From positions 62,001 through 126,000 of IMG/VR virus record IMGVR_UViG_3300024999_000030: 64,000 nt of DNA; one strand, given 5' to 3'. A program made the position numbers and the translations under genes. Below the pieces are notes generated by a model, which made no database searches, was not told where the DNA came from, and saw only the letters and a program-made list of their open reading frames with translations. Positions 37,395 through 47,916 of this stretch are shown piece by piece (the first letter of the stretch is position 1; each line of letters starts with the position of its first letter).

Positions 37395-40300
37395 ATGAGC
37401 GATACTGTATTGAAACCAACATTTTACAGCGGGCAGAATATATATCGAGATAATTTACAGAGAATTGTATCTTATGATTCCTCTAAACGCACGGCATTAA
37501 TTCTGTCTATGTTTAATAATGGCGTCGTAAATCCAACTCCATATGATTTGAGTGCTATGCGAGTTGTTGTTGATTCCTATCGCAACAATAGTTGTTATTT
37601 AGACTTTCAATCTTCATCTCAGGCTAATAATCCAATCACTATGTCAGCATCTGGCGATCCTCGTATTTTATATGCTCAAAAATTTTATGCTAGAAGTAAC
37701 AATATTCAAAAAGTTAGACTATGGATGTTAGTGGATGTACCCCCAGGCACACAGTTTGGTGAAATTTTTGTAGAAATTAGGGCTCTTGTTGGTTCCGATT
37801 GTACATCCAGCAATAGCTGTAATTGCAATTCAACATTACCCACCGGTGCCAGCCCCCTCATCACTGAACCAGCTTCTCAGGTTTTAGCTAGACGGGTGTT
37901 AGACCACAATACCATTAATAATTCTTTTCCGTATATTGATGTGAGTTTTGCCACAGAGCCACTTGTTTCTAATCTTGATGACAGATCTTTGATGATTCCT
38001 GGTCAATACTATGCTATTGTTATTGGGCGTAATTATTCTACAACCGGAACTTTACAAATTCATGGTAATTTTGGTAATAATCTAGCTAACTTAGAAAGCT
38101 ATGTTACTAAATTTGATCCAACAACCGGACTATGGACAAACTATGAAGGTGATTCAATAGCTTATCAAATTTTTTCTAATACTGTAGAGCTTCTCCCTGG
38201 GGATGGTATTGTTAGTGGTGCATCTATTAACAACCCAACGTACGTAGAAGACTCTGTTGGTAATACAGTGAGATATCATCTAGGAAACTTAGATTTAGCT
38301 CACGTTAAAAACATTGTGAGTGCTGGTGCTGTCGATCAGAATGGCGATGGGCGTAATATGGTTATTGCTCGTATTCGTGAAGTTGAAATGGAATATCAAC
38401 CTAATCCTAGAACGGGTAATCCAAATGCTACTGCAACGGCTGAGGTTATTGAGGCCTCTATTACCACTGAGAGGCTCTGGTCCGAAATGTCCAGTACCGA
38501 TCAAGCCGCTTGGTTGATATTAGCCTATGTTACCGATGAAAACACTAAAACAATTAAGGGATTATATGAACCACCCTGCGATATTAATGCTGCCGCAATT
38601 GCGGGTAATTGGTCTCCAGGTTTAATCAATATTGAAGACGCTAGGGTGTTTGTTCCTCACGCACAGGCCCTTAAATATAGCCTATTAGATGAGCCACCCG
38701 CTAGAGCCATTTCCACTTCTTATAACACTAATTTAATTATTCCTCAAGCTGATTCAACATTGGCATTAGCTTCAGTCTATATTAACACTGAGTCTGGGGC
38801 CCCGAGCAGTGTTTTTAAAACCGGATGTGTAGAGCGCAATCAATTGTCGGTTTTTGATAGTGCCTTTGGAATGACACTTACCACACCACATATGGGTAAG
38901 TATTTATATTATGCGGATGATGCGGGTACTCTTAAAAAATTAAATATCATTCCACCAATGGTTCAAAGTTCTATTGCTAGTGCCGACATTACCTCTGTTC
39001 CAAGGACATTAAATGCCTCTACAACCATTGGGGCCTGCGTGAACGCCAACATGGGTCTACGCGTTAGATTACAGTGGACACCTCCCTCGGACCCGACTTC
39101 TTATCGTGGGTTAGTTATTGTTAGGTCTACGGAAGACTATCCACGCTCTATCGACGATGGAGTAATTATTGCTGTATCTGAAAAAACATTTACTACTTTA
39201 GATGGACGAGTTTATAATTTTGATCCAGTCGGACAAGCAAATCCATGTTGTAATGCTGATAATCCAGAAGCGGGTATTATAGGAAAACGTCGTGGATTAA
39301 ATTCCCCACTTCCAGAATTATCTATGGAATTGGTTAGTGCGATGTCTGGTACTCTTAATAGTTTAAACGATATCGTAGAATATTCCATAATTCCTGGTAC
39401 GGAATTTAATATTAACGTGTCAGCCTTTAATCTTAGTTCCGCTATTCTTCATCCTCGTTTTGATGTTGATATTATATATGCGGGCGGTTCAATAAATCTT
39501 TTGAGGGATTATCAAGCAGTAAATGCTTCCACAATGTATGTGAGTTCTTCAGCTATTAATGATATTATTTTACCTGTTACAATTCCAACTACAATTAACA
39601 ATAGCTCTTTTCCAACCGGATATACATACTTAATGATTAGAGTATATGACGGATTTGTGTCAACTCATCCTCAAATTGGTACTCTTACATTAATTTTGAA
39701 AAATGAAACAGGTGAAAGTTTTAATTCTGGTCTTACTGCTATAGCTGCTCCACTATATGAAAACGACCAAGCTGTGGAAGATTATATTGCAGATTCAACA
39801 ACATTATTATCTGTTTCAGCAATGAGCTTTTTAAATATTTCAGCTATACCGTTTGGTAGATTATCACTTAAATCTCAATGGATGGCTAATTATTACAATG
39901 GCACTACCAATCAAATTGTACCCACAGATTCTATTAATTTAACTCCTTTAGAAACTGTAAATGGATCAGAAATTACAATGGAGACTTTGTTGGATTATGT
40001 TGGAGCTAATGCTTCTGTGGTTCCAGTTTCCATATCTTCTGACACATTTAGATTACAATTTATTGATATTGTTGGCAGTTCCATCGCCATAGGAAATAGC
40101 ACGACAGCCGCTCCTTCAGAATTATTTTTATCTGTTGTAGATGAAACTTCTGAGGCGGATATTAAACCAATTGTGGCATATTATAATCAGGATTTATATT
40201 TAGTTCCACGTCAACAGCTTGTTTTAAATCAAGAGTGCTCTTGCTATGTAGATGCTTACTCTGGAACGGCGTATTCTGCCGGTTTTGTCGGTTGTGAGCG

Positions 40301-40967
40301 GGGATACAATGCTGCAGCTTGTAATAACGGTATGTCCTATAATTTAATTTATTATTATACTGTTTTTACATATAACGATGCTGGACATTTTAGTTATGTT
40401 GACAGTTGCGCTCGCGCTGAATATGGTATTGGTAATGCTTTACCTCCTGGCCCAGTATGTCAACTTGCTATTGTTCCTCAAGCTAGTGGTAATCATGGCC
40501 CACTGTATGATAGCATCTCTTTATCGTGGGTAAATCCAGACGAATCTTCACTTTATGGAGTTAGAATTTACGTTTCTAAATATCGCTATGCTACAAACTT
40601 CGTAGAGCCATTCGATGCCAGCGATCCAATGTATATTTTATATGACTCCGTGTTTACCCCTAATTTAAATGCTATTGTTAATGTTGGTCCGGGTACAAGT
40701 TCAGCTATTATTGATGGGGTGGATAATTTTATAGCAGATCCCGACCATCCCGAACCCGATCCATATTATGGACACACTCAAGGTTATCGTGGTCTTTATA
40801 AGCTTTCTTCTGGCGGAGACGCTGTATTTACTGAATCCTCTACGTCTTCGGCGGTCCAATTTGAGAATGGAGTTATATATCATTATACTGTGTTCACATA
40901 TGATGTAAATGGCAATTACAATACCCCAACTTGTGTGGATAGGGGTCAAGTAAGCTATGCTTTATAA
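37395..40967 (+). CDS. Large virion structural protein with FN3-like domains (1190 aa)
   Basis: N-terminal KPTFYSGQNIYRDNL resembles the start of phage baseplate/fibre proteins. FN3-like strands LQWTPP, ISLSWVNP, YYYTVFTYND and YHYTVFTYDVNGNY. Confidence 0.6.
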   Translation: MSDTVLKPTFYSGQNIYRDNLQRIVSYDSSKRTALILSMFNNGVVNPTPYDLSAMRVVVDSYRNNSCYLDFQSSSQANNPITMSASGDPRILYAQKFYARSNNIQKVRLWMLVDVPPGTQFGEIFVEIRALVGSDCTSSNSCNCNSTLPTGASPLITEPASQVLARRVLDHNTINNSFPYIDVSFATEPLVSNLDDRSLMIPGQYYAIVIGRNYSTTGTLQIHGNFGNNLANLESYVTKFDPTTGLWTNYEGDSIAYQIFSNTVELLPGDGIVSGASINNPTYVEDSVGNTVRYHLGNLDLAHVKNIVSAGAVDQNGDGRNMVIARIREVEMEYQPNPRTGNPNATATAEVIEASITTERLWSEMSSTDQAAWLILAYVTDENTKTIKGLYEPPCDINAAAIAGNWSPGLINIEDARVFVPHAQALKYSLLDEPPARAISTSYNTNLIIPQADSTLALASVYINTESGAPSSVFKTGCVERNQLSVFDSAFGMTLTTPHMGKYLYYADDAGTLKKLNIIPPMVQSSIASADITSVPRTLNASTTIGACVNANMGLRVRLQWTPPSDPTSYRGLVIVRSTEDYPRSIDDGVIIAVSEKTFTTLDGRVYNFDPVGQANPCCNADNPEAGIIGKRRGLNSPLPELSMELVSAMSGTLNSLNDIVEYSIIPGTEFNINVSAFNLSSAILHPRFDVDIIYAGGSINLLRDYQAVNASTMYVSSSAINDIILPVTIPTTINNSSFPTGYTYLMIRVYDGFVSTHPQIGTLTLILKNETGESFNSGLTAIAAPLYENDQAVEDYIADSTTLLSVSAMSFLNISAIPFGRLSLKSQWMANYYNGTTNQIVPTDSINLTPLETVNGSEITMETLLDYVGANASVVPVSISSDTFRLQFIDIVGSSIAIGNSTTAAPSELFLSVVDETSEADIKPIVAYYNQDLYLVPRQQLVLNQECSCYVDAYSGTAYSAGFVGCERGYNAAACNNGMSYNLIYYYTVFTYNDAGHFSYVDSCARAEYGIGNALPPGPVCQLAIVPQASGNHGPLYDSISLSWVNPDESSLYGVRIYVSKYRYATNFVEPFDASDPMYILYDSVFTPNLNAIVNVGPGTSSAIIDGVDNFIADPDHPEPDPYYGHTQGYRGLYKLSSGGDAVFTESSTSSAVQFENGVIYHYTVFTYDVNGNYNTPTCVDRGQVSYAL

Positions 40968-40991
40968 TACAAGACAAAAAAGAGAGGATAC

Positions 40992-42911
40992 ATGGACATT
41001 TTGTATAGCGCCTACGTTGGCTCGACGTCCTCATGGTCGATTGTCGCTAGAAATGTAATTTCCAATTTACTAACCCTTGGTAATAAAATTAGAGTATCTA
41101 GTACCAATGGATGGGAAAACGTACCATCTGAAATAGTATCATTGGCATCTACTCAATTAACCGATCCTGTTTTTCTTGGATATACGGTCCCACATCGTCT
41201 ACCTGCAATTCCTCAAAAATCTAGATTTCTTATTTATAATTACGAATCCTCTTTATTGCCATCTGGATGGGCCTCTATTATCAATCAACATGCTCAACTG
41301 GTATTTCCTGCCTCTGCATATGCAGCTAATATTTTACGCGACAATGGAGTTATATCTGATAAAATTGTGGTGTTACCATATGGCGTAGATACTACAGTTT
41401 TCTCTCCTAATGTTCCCCCAGCTATTCCGCGAGATAAATTCAATTTTTTATATTGTGCAATTCCACACGTTAGAAAGGGTATTGATTTACTATTGAGGGC
41501 CTATTATGAGGCCTTTGACGCTAATGATGCGGTCAGGCTTATTCTTAAAACTTCTAGGCGAACAGCTCCCCCTCAAAGCTTTGTTATAGATATTGATAAA
41601 ACAATAGCAAATGCTAAAGCCCTATTTCCAGGAAAAAATCTTCCAGAAGTAATGGTAATAGATCACACTTACCATAATCTATCGTCTCTCTATACTTCTG
41701 CTTCCGCCTATGTGGCACCCAGCCGATCAGAGGGCTTTGGTATGACTCCACTAGAAGCAATGGCCTGCGGGGTTCCAGTAATAGCCTCAGCCTATGGTGG
41801 CCATTTGGACTTTTTAAATAGTGATAATTCTTATCCAGTTTTAACCCGCGAAGTAGAAGCAACTCACCAGATGCAATATTGGCAATATCAAAGGGGTGCA
41901 AAAATTGGAGAACCAGATGTACAAGATTTAAGAGATAAAATGATCTACGTGTATTCTAACTATGAGAGCACTGTAGATGTTATTCGCAATGGATTAGCAA
42001 CTGTTAAAAAATACAATTGGAAAGATATTATTGTTGGTTTAGATGCTACGATGAGAGATAGTTTAGGTGTAGCTAAATCCAATAAGATTATCCCCCCAAT
42101 TAAAGGAAAGGTTGTTACCACTCTTTCCTCTGCTGCTAAAATAGCTATGACCCCAGGCAATGCCAATAAGATAGATAGGGCAAATGCTAGAAAAATATTA
42201 AAGGGCAGTGCGGCAAATAGTTTAACTACTCCTGGGCAACATTCCGTGGTTGTTGCGGCTAATTCCCTACCAGCTAAAGCAACAAAGCAAAAAATTCTAC
42301 AACAGGCAGTTGTATTAAATACCATGAACATCTCTCCAAAAACCCCATCCACCGCCCTACCAAAGCCCCCACTTCCCATCAATCAACCAACTACACAAGA
42401 CTCAACAGTTGTTTTATCTGCTCCTAGGGATTATATTTTCTTATATAATGGGATTACGAATGATAAATATTCATACATACGCGCTCTCTCTTCGGCAATT
42501 GGAAACACGCGCGGAATGTATGTTATTGATGGTGCCTCTTCCCCATCAAGTAGCGTTGGTGTCCTGCGCGAGGTTTTTAGTTCTAGATCTATAAAATATG
42601 CAGCTAAATGCAAGGCCGTGGCGGCAGAGGCTACTGTTGTTGTCCACCTAAGTGATTTACCTGTATGTGAATATTATTTGAGAGCTATTATGCCAGCATA
42701 TGAAATTTATTATATCACCGACTTACCTATTGATCGTGTAAATTTTGCTGCTTTACCTAGGGGTAAAACAACCGTGATATTAAATGCTCTTCCAGAAAAT
42801 CACAGCTACTCTAATCAAATAGAAACAGAGGGTTGTGTGTATGTAGATACTTTTGACGTGGACCCAGAGACGTTAGTCAATTTACAGTTCACGCAGGGGA
42901 TGATTCTATGA
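40992..42911 (+). CDS. Glycosyltransferase family 4 (GT-B) with P/T/K-rich linker and unknown C-terminal domain
   Basis: VLPYGVD, RKGIDLLLRAY and YVAPSRSEGFGMTPLEAMACGVPVIAS (the GT4 E-x7-E signature). Confidence 0.9.
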   Translation: MDILYSAYVGSTSSWSIVARNVISNLLTLGNKIRVSSTNGWENVPSEIVSLASTQLTDPVFLGYTVPHRLPAIPQKSRFLIYNYESSLLPSGWASIINQHAQLVFPASAYAANILRDNGVISDKIVVLPYGVDTTVFSPNVPPAIPRDKFNFLYCAIPHVRKGIDLLLRAYYEAFDANDAVRLILKTSRRTAPPQSFVIDIDKTIANAKALFPGKNLPEVMVIDHTYHNLSSLYTSASAYVAPSRSEGFGMTPLEAMACGVPVIASAYGGHLDFLNSDNSYPVLTREVEATHQMQYWQYQRGAKIGEPDVQDLRDKMIYVYSNYESTVDVIRNGLATVKKYNWKDIIVGLDATMRDSLGVAKSNKIIPPIKGKVVTTLSSAAKIAMTPGNANKIDRANARKILKGSAANSLTTPGQHSVVVAANSLPAKATKQKILQQAVVLNTMNISPKTPSTALPKPPLPINQPTTQDSTVVLSAPRDYIFLYNGITNDKYSYIRALSSAIGNTRGMYVIDGASSPSSSVGVLREVFSSRSIKYAAKCKAVAAEATVVVHLSDLPVCEYYLRAIMPAYEIYYITDLPIDRVNFAALPRGKTTVILNALPENHSYSNQIETEGCVYVDTFDVDPETLVNLQFTQGMIL

Positions 42912-43987
42912 CGGGCGTTAAATTTGTTGGTAATCCTGAGGATCACACGGGCTATGGACGCGCTTGTCTTAATACTATATTAGCTCTATTAAAGACTAAG
43001 ATTCCTATAACACTTTGCAATATTCGTTTTATACATAACACCAAACAGCCATTACCACCTGAAATCAAGGCACGAATTGATGTTAAGATTCCATATGACA
43101 CTGTTATAGTTCAATGTACTCCTAGTTCATCTGTTCAATTTTTTGAGCCCGGCAAGAAAAACATTATTTATTTTTTTTGGGAAACCGATTGTATTCCAAG
43201 CGTGTGGGTAGATGCCTGTAATAGTGCACAGGAAATTTGGGTGGCGTGTCAAAGTAATAAAGATGCGTGCATAAAAAGTGGAGTTACTACTCCAATACGT
43301 ATTGTGCCACAAGCAATGTCCCTACATACACATTCGCAACGTTTATATTTACCAGGAGTAACACCTAATACATATGTCTTTTATAACATTTTTCAGTGGA
43401 CCCCTAGAAAAAACCCAAGAGCTATGCTACATGCATATTGGAAAGCTTTTACAGCAATGGATGATGTGTTGTTAGTTGTTAAAACATATGGTTCATCAGA
43501 TAACAATCAAGATGTAGAACGAATTAAATCGGAAATTAAAAACTATAAAGCTGAATTACAACTATCCTCCTTTCCTAGATTATGGTTTATTCATAAAATT
43601 ATTAGTGATTTTACCATAGAGAGCCTTCATAATACTGCACACTGTTTTGTGTCTAGCTCTAAGGGTGAGGGATGGAATATGTCTCTCGCTACCTCGGCTA
43701 TGCTAAATAAACCAATTATTTCTTCTACCTATGGGGGACTGGTAGACTTTATGTCTCCAGAAGATTATTACTCTGTGGATAGTAGTAAGTGGGAATCAGT
43801 TTCTGGTATGAGTTGGATTCAATGGTACGAGAAAACTCAAAAATGGACAGATCCAAATATTGAGGATTTAAGTCTCAAAATGAGACAGGTTTTTGATGAA
43901 AACGTAAGACATGTTGAATATGAAATTGCAAAAAACATTACACTAGAGGCCGTAGGGGCTCAAATGCGAGAGCTATTATGGAAATAA
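42908..43987 (+). CDS. Glycosyltransferase family 4-like (GT-B)
   Basis: TGYGRA, FFWETD, WTPRKN and CFVSSSKGEGWNMSLATS; paralogous to the upstream GT4. Confidence 0.85.
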   Translation: MTGVKFVGNPEDHTGYGRACLNTILALLKTKIPITLCNIRFIHNTKQPLPPEIKARIDVKIPYDTVIVQCTPSSSVQFFEPGKKNIIYFFWETDCIPSVWVDACNSAQEIWVACQSNKDACIKSGVTTPIRIVPQAMSLHTHSQRLYLPGVTPNTYVFYNIFQWTPRKNPRAMLHAYWKAFTAMDDVLLVVKTYGSSDNNQDVERIKSEIKNYKAELQLSSFPRLWFIHKIISDFTIESLHNTAHCFVSSSKGEGWNMSLATSAMLNKPIISSTYGGLVDFMSPEDYYSVDSSKWESVSGMSWIQWYEKTQKWTDPNIEDLSLKMRQVFDENVRHVEYEIAKNITLEAVGAQMRELLWK

Positions 43988-44571
43988 CAACTTGTATTTT
44001 AGCTAAAAATGCCGCTAATTATATTGATTTGCCGATAAAATCAGCTAAACTTTTTTCATCTGAAGTAATAGTGGCCATAGATTCATTAAGTGATGATGAT
44101 ACTACCGCTAAGGTAGCCGCCTCCGACGTAATTTATTATTCATATGATTTTATTCATTTTGGAGACGCTAGAGATAAACTTATTGATTCTGCACATGGAA
44201 ATTGGATTTTTATGCTTGACGCCGATGAAGACTTGACCGCACAAGATTGCAGTAATATGAAAAAAGCAGCCGGGTGTTGTCCCGAGTGTGATTCGTTTTT
44301 ATTTCCAAGATATCAATGGTTAGATTGGGAAAGAACTAAATATGACCAACCTTATCCAGATTATCAATTGAGATTGTTTAAGCGGCTTCCACATATTAAA
44401 TATGGAAATCAACCAGTACATGAAGCACCTAAGGGTGTAAATAGAACTTCAGTAATACCATTTAATATTCATTTAAATCATTATAATAGAGTGTTTAGGC
44501 AGTGGATAGATTGGCATAACACTGCCATGTTTTATAATATCTTATCTGAAAAATATAAGGATGAAAAATGA
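43978..44571 (+). CDS. Glycosyltransferase family 2 (GT-A)
   Basis: EVIVAIDSLSDDDT, WIFMLDADE (DxD) and PDYQLRLF...VHE. Confidence 0.88.
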   Translation: MEITTCILAKNAANYIDLPIKSAKLFSSEVIVAIDSLSDDDTTAKVAASDVIYYSYDFIHFGDARDKLIDSAHGNWIFMLDADEDLTAQDCSNMKKAAGCCPECDSFLFPRYQWLDWERTKYDQPYPDYQLRLFKRLPHIKYGNQPVHEAPKGVNRTSVIPFNIHLNHYNRVFRQWIDWHNTAMFYNILSEKYKDEK

Positions 44572-45302
44572 TAACTAGTATAGTGAATTCACGTATGTTT
44601 CGGGAAGAATATAATCAATGGATTGATGAGTTTCAAACTATTATAGCTCCAACACCAGAAGAGCAATATAAATTGCAACATTTGAGGTATAGTGATTTTT
44701 TCTTTATACATCAAGCCATGAAGCCGACTGTTACAGATAAAATTTTAGAGCTTGGTGCGTGGCCCACATATGGGTTTCTCTATTTCGCTCAATTTGCCGC
44801 AGAAACAGTTATATCTGATAATTTACAATGGGATTCTGAGAGAGATTTAGCTGGTGTAGATAAATCTCCATCCCCATGGTTGAAAAATTGCGCTTCTTTC
44901 CCTAAAACCGTTGCTGAAAAAATAGACGCATGTAATATTCCATATGACAATTATTTTAATTTTATTTATTCTGTGTCTGTTATAGAACATGTTGTTGATG
45001 ATAATTTAGCTTTGAGGCAAATGTACAAGGCTTTAGCTCCTGGTGGAACAATGATATTAACCACTGAGGTTAATTTGTTTACATCAATGCCTTACCAGCC
45101 AGATGTATATTTTAGAGTATATAAGTTTAGTGAAATTATAGAGCAAATAAGGGCTGCAGGATTTATTGTTTCTAATAATATTGAAGGGGTGGACGCTGAA
45201 GTGGAAGCCATGATGTCCGGTGCCATTAATCATGAGACGGAGCTGAGGCAGCCATATAAACATTTCATGTCAGGCGGTGTAGTATGTCGCAAACCACTAT
45301 AG
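44568..45302 (+). CDS. Class I SAM-dependent methyltransferase
   Basis: ILELGA (motif I), FIYSVSVIEHV and LAPGGTMILT. Confidence 0.85.
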   Translation: MITSIVNSRMFREEYNQWIDEFQTIIAPTPEEQYKLQHLRYSDFFFIHQAMKPTVTDKILELGAWPTYGFLYFAQFAAETVISDNLQWDSERDLAGVDKSPSPWLKNCASFPKTVAEKIDACNIPYDNYFNFIYSVSVIEHVVDDNLALRQMYKALAPGGTMILTTEVNLFTSMPYQPDVYFRVYKFSEIIEQIRAAGFIVSNNIEGVDAEVEAMMSGAINHETELRQPYKHFMSGGVVCRKPL

Positions 45303-45958
45303 ATTATCATTTAAGCGCATTACCAGATTTAATGGAATATCTTGGAGAGACATATGTTCATAGGAATGGACAGGTGGAATTAAGAGATAAATGGTTATCT
45401 TGGCAAGGGGGAGTTTCAGAGTACTATAAAGACTGCGTGAATGATTCATATTTGTTTGATCTATCTCAATGGCACGCCTCTGGTACATTGACTGGTTGGG
45501 GTAATATAATTAAAGATCACGCTCATGGGGTGACATTGGATTTCGGTGGTGGTATAGGTACTTATTCTTTAATTATGGCCTCTTCTGATAAAACCAGTGA
45601 AGTTTGGTTTTATGATATTAATGAGGCTAATGAAAAATTTACCAAATATCGTATAGATAAACATAGTTTAGCTCATAAAGTGAAATATGGAATGCCCACA
45701 ACTCAAGTAGATACAATTGTGGCCATTGACGTTTTAGAGCATATGCCGGATAGAGTTTTAGCTGTTAAAGAGTGGGTTGATAAATTAAATCCTGGTGGTG
45801 TATTAATCTTAACTCACACCACCACAACGAGTGGCGGACAACATCCTATGCATCTTATGACTGATATCGAAATTCCAGTTGTAGCAGCCGCCCTTTCTGT
45901 GTCCTGCACCAAATTAGGCACTTTTTGGCCGCAGGTATGGGTGAAAAATGCACACTAA
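45284..45958 (+). CDS. Class I SAM-dependent methyltransferase
   Basis: TLDFGGGIG, DTIVAIDVLEHM and LNPGGVLIL. Confidence 0.88.
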   Translation: MSQTTIDYHLSALPDLMEYLGETYVHRNGQVELRDKWLSWQGGVSEYYKDCVNDSYLFDLSQWHASGTLTGWGNIIKDHAHGVTLDFGGGIGTYSLIMASSDKTSEVWFYDINEANEKFTKYRIDKHSLAHKVKYGMPTTQVDTIVAIDVLEHMPDRVLAVKEWVDKLNPGGVLILTHTTTTSGGQHPMHLMTDIEIPVVAAALSVSCTKLGTFWPQVWVKNAH

Positions 45959-46574
45959 CAACATACATACTGAAAAAGCATATATGGAAAGAGCACATGG
46001 GCCAGTTAGTCCAGTTTATTATACTGATGGTAGACCCATTACAGTCGGTTATAAATTATTAGATGAGTTATCTATACAGGGTGCCTTGGTTATAGATGTT
46101 GGCGCTTTTGCGGGATTTATAGGTAATTATTGTTTGCAGCGCGGAGCCCGAGTTACATTAATTGATATATTTAAGGGGGCGTTTCCCTCTTTTATGTTTA
46201 GCGTTCAGGGATCCAAAGAACAAATGCCATTTAGAGATAATTTTTTTGATTTTGCTGTATGTGGTGACACATTACATCATGGAGATTTAGATTCAACTCT
46301 ATTGGAAATTTATAGAATTCTTCGTCCAGGTGGCCAATTTATTTCTGTACGGGAGCCCTGTATAGCTTCCTCAGAAGACGAATGGACAGTATTACAAAAG
46401 GACTGCGGTTTAGTTGTTGCAGAGGGTATTTGTGAACGTAGGCCGAATCTAATTCAATATAAACGCGCTCTTACAGTGTTTCCTAAATTTAGTGTTTATA
46501 GTGGTGTGGACTTAACTCCAGCTAAAGATTTAAATTATGGAGATAAGGGCATTGTTATAAAGGCAATAAAATAG
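45948..46574 (+). CDS. Class I SAM-dependent methyltransferase
   Basis: VIDVGAFAG, MPFRDNFFDFAVCGDTLHH and ILRPGG. Confidence 0.88.
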   Translation: MHTNNIHTEKAYMERAHGPVSPVYYTDGRPITVGYKLLDELSIQGALVIDVGAFAGFIGNYCLQRGARVTLIDIFKGAFPSFMFSVQGSKEQMPFRDNFFDFAVCGDTLHHGDLDSTLLEIYRILRPGGQFISVREPCIASSEDEWTVLQKDCGLVVAEGICERRPNLIQYKRALTVFPKFSVYSGVDLTPAKDLNYGDKGIVIKAIK

Positions 46575-46585
46575 GACGGCGAAAA

Positions 46586-47275
46586 ATGAAACTTTCATTA
46601 TGTATGATGACATTAGATGGCGCTGATCGCATTGAAAAATGTTTACTTAATTTTGTTGGAATGGTCGATCAGATTGTTATATGTGTAGATGATAAAACAG
46701 TAGACAGCACAAGAGAGGTAGCGGCTAAAATTACCAATGAGGTATATGATTTTACTTTTGTACATTGGGGACAGGCAAAAGATAATATGTTACAATATCT
46801 CACTGGAGACTGGATACTTCTTATGGACGATGATGAAGATATGTCGATTGAAGATATTGGAATGCTCAAAACTGTAATAGAAACGGCTCCACTAGATGTG
46901 GATCTCTATGTAGTTCCCAGAAGACATTGGTTGGACTTGTCATGTACCAAATTAGATGAAACAAGGCCATACCCAGATTATCAATTAAGACTACATAGAA
47001 ATGTAGATTATATTAAGTGTGGAAATAAATTTGCCCATGCGTCCCCATCTGGGTACAATAAAAGCGAAATTATTCCATATGATATTCACATTAATCATTA
47101 TAATAAGGTGTATCACGACAGAGATTGGCATTTACGTCGTTATCAAATGTATGATGAATTGTTTCATAAATATGAGGGTATATCGTATTTGGAATTTATT
47201 AAAGAACACGTCAATCCGTTAGTACAAAAAATAGAAGAATGTCTTCCGACATTTAAACCAGAGGACAAAGAATGA
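46586..47275 (+). CDS. Glycosyltransferase family 2 (GT-A)
   Basis: LSLCMMTLD, CVDDKTVDST, WILLMDDDE and PYPDYQLRL; paralog of 43978..44571. Confidence 0.88.
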   Translation: MKLSLCMMTLDGADRIEKCLLNFVGMVDQIVICVDDKTVDSTREVAAKITNEVYDFTFVHWGQAKDNMLQYLTGDWILLMDDDEDMSIEDIGMLKTVIETAPLDVDLYVVPRRHWLDLSCTKLDETRPYPDYQLRLHRNVDYIKCGNKFAHASPSGYNKSEIIPYDIHINHYNKVYHDRDWHLRRYQMYDELFHKYEGISYLEFIKEHVNPLVQKIEECLPTFKPEDKE

Positions 47276-47868
47276 TATATAATGCTGATTTTTATTTAAA
47301 TAGAAATAAAATTACACGACCATCAGCTCTTGTGGTTTGTCCAATAGTTTTTGCTTTACTAGATGCCCCACAAACTGTGTGTGATTTTGGGTGTGGAGTA
47401 GGCACTTGGTTAAAAGTGTTTTCTGAGCTTGGAACGCAAGATGTTTTGGGATTAGAGGGAGATTGGCTAGATACTCAATATGTAGTGATTCCATTTGAAT
47501 CGTTGAAAATTACAGACTTATCTTCTACGGTGCAATTAAACAAAATATATGATTTAGCTGTATCTTTAGAGGTGGCTGAGCATATTGATGAAAAATATGC
47601 TGATGTGTTTGTGGATAATATAGCCCAAGCTTCAGATACTATATTGTTTTCTGCGGCAATTCCGGGTCAAGGTGGTGTCAATCATGTTAATGAGCAACCC
47701 CACCAATACTGGATAGATAAATTCGAAAACAGAGGATATGTTACTTTCGATTGCATTAGGTGGAGAATTGCCAATAATCCAAAAGTGTTTCCGTGGTATC
47801 AAAATAATATTTATATTTTTTCACGCAATCCTCGACATTCTATTAAACTCACGACCCTAAGTTCATAA
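47272..47868 (+). CDS. Class I SAM-dependent methyltransferase (surface-glycan-cluster type)
   Basis: VCDFGCGVGTWL, YDLAVSLEVAEHI and PGQGGVNHVNEQPHQYW. Confidence 0.9.
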   Translation: MIYNADFYLNRNKITRPSALVVCPIVFALLDAPQTVCDFGCGVGTWLKVFSELGTQDVLGLEGDWLDTQYVVIPFESLKITDLSSTVQLNKIYDLAVSLEVAEHIDEKYADVFVDNIAQASDTILFSAAIPGQGGVNHVNEQPHQYWIDKFENRGYVTFDCIRWRIANNPKVFPWYQNNIYIFSRNPRHSIKLTTLSS

Positions 47869-47869
47869 C

Positions 47870-47898
47870 TTGCAATTTATCTCGATAGGTATTATATT
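47870..47898 (+). promoter_or_regulatory. Sigma70-like promoter TTGCAA-17-TATATT
   Basis: Exact 17-bp spacer; upstream of the GGAGGT RBS of the radical SAM gene. Confidence 0.6.
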
Positions 47899-47916
47899 AT
47901 TACCTTGGAGGTTAAT

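Noticed and set aside
43171-43178. T8 run in the second GT4 (also A8 at 5342) as phase-variation tracts
   Set aside because: A/T runs of this length are expected at this composition and simply encode FFW or KK.
44568-47868. DNA methyltransferases or restriction evasion by base methylation
   Set aside because: No DPPY/NPPY or PC catalytic motifs. All four look like small-molecule/sugar class I methyltransferases.
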